Positions 62,110 to 64,000 of a DNA stretch of 64,000 nt are shown here, in pieces; positions within the stretch are counted from its first letter, which is position 1; each line of letters opens with the position of its first letter. This DNA is from a virus (Duplodnaviria; Heunggongvirae; Uroviricota; Caudoviricetes). The notes below the pieces were generated by a model. That model saw only the letters and a program-made list of their open reading frames with translations. It was not told the DNA's origin and searched no databases. Both the position numbers and the translations under genes were made by a program. The stretch spans positions 2,668 through 66,667 of the IMG/VR virus record IMGVR_UViG_3300010883_000008; one strand, written 5' to 3'.

Positions 62110-63477
62110 TTAGCTCCGCTTTTTGTATAGATTTGCTGACCCAATAACCGGATCAGCATTCTCCACCAACCAGCGATGAAGGTTTCTGTGGGCACCAATC
62201 AGTATAACGTAGTTTCCGAAACCTGCATCATACTTCTTTGCCGCCAAATCTGCAAACTCTTTGAGAGTGAACTGTTCCGGCAACTCGGCGACCACCGCCG
62301 TAAACTTGTCGTCCCATTCTCGGAACGGAGTCCACGAACCTGCGATGTCCTCATTCATTATAGCGAGATACCCCGCTGCTGCAACTCCAATGTCGTGTTC
62401 CTCCACGAACTCAGCAACGATGGGAGCTACCATCTTACGAGCCTCGTCGTAATTCTCGAAACAATACTTGAGCAGGGCAAGCAATTCCGACTGACTGGAG
62501 TAGAAAAACGGGTAGTCTTTCCCCACCAGAGCATATGCCCAACTTAAGTTAGGTAGGAGTAGCGGGTTGCCCGTACAGAACTGCTCGGAAAGACCAAACG
62601 AAAAGCCCTCATCCTCGGACATGGAAACAGACACATGACACTGATTCATCAGCTTCAAGTAGTCCATATACGGGAGAGGTTCAAGGTATTGAACCTTCTC
62701 GAATTTATCCAAGTCCCGACGAGTCGCCGAACTGTTGGGATAGACGGACTTGATTTCCACGTCCAGCCCCATCCGGAAAATATCCTCGTAGGCCCCCAAA
62801 ACTTCCTTCCACCGTTTATTCGAGTTGAATCTCGCAGCAAAAAGCATCGTGAATTTGTCAAACTTGGAAACTTCCGGGTCCAGTGCAATCGATTGCACAA
62901 GTTCACAAGGGACTCCCTGGGACCGGATAAGTCCCGTATCCATTATGGACTGGGTGGAAGACGCCGACAAATACCGTCGAGCTTCCGTAATGGCAAACCC
63001 TTTTTCCCGAGCCGTGGGGAAGAACGTTCGACACTCTGACCATGAGACCGCACGTAGCTTAGTCTCCACCGAATTGTCGTTGGAGATAGGTGTCTGCACC
63101 CAGTACTCAGCGATAAACACGGGTATGTTAAGGGCTTCCGACATCTTGAACATGCGTTTGATGTTCGCCGCAATCACGTTCTTGGACGTGATAACCGCGT
63201 CTACTTGATACTTCCCATTGACCGGATTAAACAGAGCGTATAGCTCCGAACCAATGTACCCTTGAGCAGCCGAATAGGGATGCCAATGATCAAGGTAGAT
63301 ATACCTCACATTCGGGAGCTTACAATCGTCAGGGATTTCCGCATCTTTATTGATGGGGATAAAGCAGGTTATCTCGGGCCATTGCCGAGCGAACTGCATC
63401 CATGTCACAAAGTCGGACTCCCGCCATACGGTCTTGCGGGTAGATATCAGGGGTAGAATCAGCAGCTTAGTGATCAT
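62110..63477 (-). CDS. glycosyltransferase (GT-B fold, GT4-like), putative
   Basis: 455 aa. MSEDEGFSFGLSEQFCTGNPLL resembles the GT-B signature. It contains the palindrome copy at 62880-62901. Confidence 0.5.
   Translation of the reverse strand: MITKLLILPLISTRKTVWRESDFVTWMQFARQWPEITCFIPINKDAEIPDDCKLPNVRYIYLDHWHPYSAAQGYIGSELYALFNPVNGKYQVDAVITSKNVIAANIKRMFKMSEALNIPVFIAEYWVQTPISNDNSVETKLRAVSWSECRTFFPTAREKGFAITEARRYLSASSTQSIMDTGLIRSQGVPCELVQSIALDPEVSKFDKFTMLFAARFNSNKRWKEVLGAYEDIFRMGLDVEIKSVYPNSSATRRDLDKFEKVQYLEPLPYMDYLKLMNQCHVSVSMSEDEGFSFGLSEQFCTGNPLLLPNLSWAYALVGKDYPFFYSSQSELLALLKYCFENYDEARKMVAPIVAEFVEEHDIGVAAAGYLAIMNEDIAGSWTPFREWDDKFTAVVAELPEQFTLKEFADLAAKKYDAGFGNYVILIGAHRNLHRWLVENADPVIGSANLYKKRS
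62880..62901. repeat. palindrome family copy, 22-mer: CCAGTGCAATCGATTGCACAAG
   Basis: Identical 22-mer to the copy at 56111-56132. Confidence 0.9.
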
Positions 63478-64000
63478 ATCATCTGTAGGTCGAAGTTACC
63501 CGACTTACTTTCCTGTAGTTGTAGATAGGACTCAACGATATCTGGGGTCAGATTGTAATCGTGCGACCGAGCAAGGGAGAAGTGAGTATCATATTTGTAG
63601 CTGTCAGTGCCTAGTTCGTGCATGGGTTGGGACAAGACCGAGATAATATACCCGTCGAAATCCACGTCTTGACAGAACTCAAGAGTCTGTTGGTATTCTT
63701 CTGGGGTAGTGTCTCCCCCAAGCATCAAGTAGGCCCCGACTTTGATGCCCGCATCTCGCATGATTTCGGTAGCGGTGGCTACCCCGTCTGCAACTTGGTT
63801 CTTTTTCATGCCCTTGTTGAATTGTCGACCGACGTTCTCCACGCCGATCTTGACATAGTCCACCCCAATACTGGCACATATCGGACCCAACTCAGGACTC
63901 TTGTTGATCAGCACCGCCCGACCTTCCGCCGTAAAGCGTAAGTCTTCCATACGTTGCCGCTTCAACTCTTGATCCAGATTCCGAAGACGCGGAGCGTTCC
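63474..64000 (-). CDS. radical SAM enzyme, C-terminal part (gene continues beyond the window edge)
   Basis: The reading frame is open to position 64000. VKIGVENVGRQFNKGMKKNQVADGVATATEIMRDAGIKVGAYLMLGGDTTPEEYQQTLEFCQ matches the C-terminal half of radical SAM domains. Confidence 0.45.
   Translation of the reverse strand, partial: NAPRLRNLDQELKRQRMEDLRFTAEGRAVLINKSPELGPICASIGVDYVKIGVENVGRQFNKGMKKNQVADGVATATEIMRDAGIKVGAYLMLGGDTTPEEYQQTLEFCQDVDFDGYIISVLSQPMHELGTDSYKYDTHFSLARSHDYNLTPDIVESYLQLQESKSGNFDLQMI

Noticed and set aside
1-64000. CRISPR array or integron-like repeat-spacer structure
   Set aside because: No regularly spaced direct repeats with a 25-50 bp period were seen. The recurring palindrome is spaced kilobases apart.

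Overview
The window looks like one contiguous stretch of a tailed-phage (Caudoviricetes, siphovirus-like) genome or prophage. Nearly every credible gene lies on the minus strand. Reading from high to low coordinates, the modules run as follows.

- **Right end (about 64.0-61.4 kb):** a truncated radical-SAM-like gene and a GT-B glycosyltransferase, then a ParB-like protein.
- **Packaging and head (61.3-53.4 kb):** an HTH small terminase-like protein, large terminase, portal, head maturation/scaffold proteins and the major capsid.
- **Between head and tail (53.4-52.2 kb):** a family-9 (heptosyltransferase-like) glycosyltransferase.
- **Neck and tail (52-39.5 kb):** a 1231-aa tape measure protein and a 976-aa fibre with FN3-like, Cys/Gly and His/Tyr-rich repeats.
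- **Modification cassette (39.5-34.2 kb):** a P-loop kinase, a GT2 glycosyltransferase, a Cys-rich ORF, a PhyH dioxygenase, a TylF-type O-methyltransferase and a GT4-methyltransferase fusion.
- **Replication and nucleotide module (32-17 kb):** an SPFH/band-7 protein, an HTH-metallophosphoesterase, an HD 5'-deoxynucleotidase, a T4-like dNMP kinase, DnaC/DnaB-like loader and helicase, a CHC2-TOPRIM primase, a family A DNA polymerase, a low-GC N6-adenine methyltransferase island, an HNH protein, an SF2 helicase and a RecA-like recombinase.
- **Left arm (16-0 kb):** a Cas4-like Fe-S nuclease, RusA, a MoxR-type AAA+ ATPase with a 940-aa HExxH/acidic/vWA partner (CobS/CobT-like), an RHH protein, a clear CsrA homologue, a tRNA-like cluster and an AT-richer non-coding left end.

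The most striking feature is a family of at least 11 strong and about 3 degenerate copies of a 16-22 bp palindrome, GTGCAAT-NN-ATTGCAC. They recur every 2.5-7 kb across the whole window, both inside genes and in the few intergenic gaps. Several copies directly abut start codons or lie about 65 bp upstream of a sigma70-like promoter. A second notable theme is an unusually rich set of sugar and protein/DNA-modifying enzymes embedded in the structural genes: four glycosyltransferases, two O-methyltransferases, two PhyH-like dioxygenases, a radical SAM fragment and P-loop kinases. All functional calls come from reading motifs by eye. No database search was possible.
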